This document shows positions 63,388 through 64,000 of a stretch of 64,000 nucleotides of DNA, in pieces. The stretch is from Pseudovirgaria hyperparasitica. Its lineage: Eukaryota. Both the position numbers and the translations under genes were made by a program. Under the pieces are notes generated by a model. That model worked only from the letters and a program-made list of their open reading frames with translations, was not told the DNA's origin and did not search any database. The stretch lies in assembly GCA_010093815.1 (NCBI GenBank), contig ML996575.1. The stretch is one strand, 5' to 3'. Position 1 is the first letter of the stretch, and each line of letters begins with the position of its first letter.

Positions 63388-64000
63388 ATGGTTGACTTTG
63401 CAACTCATCTTCGCTCCGAGTCCTGGTCTCTGTACGGGGTTGGGATCGCCGTCATCGTGCTTCGATGGTAGATCATCCTTTTACGCAACGTGACTCTTGC
63501 TGACATTAGCCTTAGCTTCGCAAGAGTACGCAGAGTTGGCTTGAAGGGCTTCTGTGCCGATGACTGGCTCATGATTCTGGCTGGGGTACGTATATTATAG
63601 CCTTCAACGTTCTCAGTGTGCTGAATTATGTCAAGGTCCTATATACAACCCTTGTCTATACCCTGAACAGAATCGCCAGCGGTGGGGGTAGCAACCTGTT
63701 TGAACCAGAGCTTTTCGATACCTTCACTCAGGAGGAGATCGATGAGCGTATACTTGGCTCAAAGATTGTCGTCATCTCCGAACAAGTCAGTAAATTTGGT
63801 TGTCCGTATGATAGGTTCTGTGCTAACATATCCTATAGGCCATGCTGTGCCTAATCTACCTCCTCAAGTGCTGCATGCTTTGCATGTATTATCGTATTAC
63901 CATTGGAACTAGGCAGACCCGCCTTATTCTGCTTCTCTCCGGCTATGTTGCCGTTGGATTCATTGCTACAGAAGTTGGCTTCTTTACTTTCTGTCGACCG
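63388..64000 (+). CDS. PTH11-like / fungal rhodopsin-domain integral membrane protein (3' end outside the window)
   Basis: Spliced reading MVDF..ESWSLYGVGIAVIVLR/FARVRRVGLKGFCADDWLMILAG/VLYTTLV...GSKIVVISEQ/AML..IYLLKCCMLCMYYRIT. Confidence 0.85.

Overview
Gene-dense, intron-containing DNA from a filamentous ascomycete (Pezizomycotina, inferred from GT-AG introns of about 45-60 nt with CTRAY branch sites and from the gene content). About 26 protein-coding genes can be supported: GRF zinc-finger protein, P1B Cu-type ATPase, HeLo-like/ankyrin protein, ChaC, a transcription-factor-like protein, ZIP transporter, amidase, cyclophilin H, a frameshifted secreted protein, ABCB transporter, FAH-family hydrolase, kinesin-3, Trm5, mL54, PX-domain protein, Ars2/SERRATE, TspO, Cgr1, ornithine carrier, PXMP4, a PTH11-like membrane protein and several hypotheticals. 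Three non-coding highlights stand out. (1) A candidate minus-strand Pol III unit at 31647-32113: a degenerate intron-containing tRNA-like head (box A, box B) followed by about 340 nt of hairpin-rich sequence and a T9 terminator. (2) A roughly 520-bp AT-rich element with terminal inverted repeats and a RIP-like signature at 16531-17047. (3) Recurrent sharp C-rich to G-rich skew switches inside genes. Product calls come from motif recognition only; no database search was run, and exon boundaries were read by eye.
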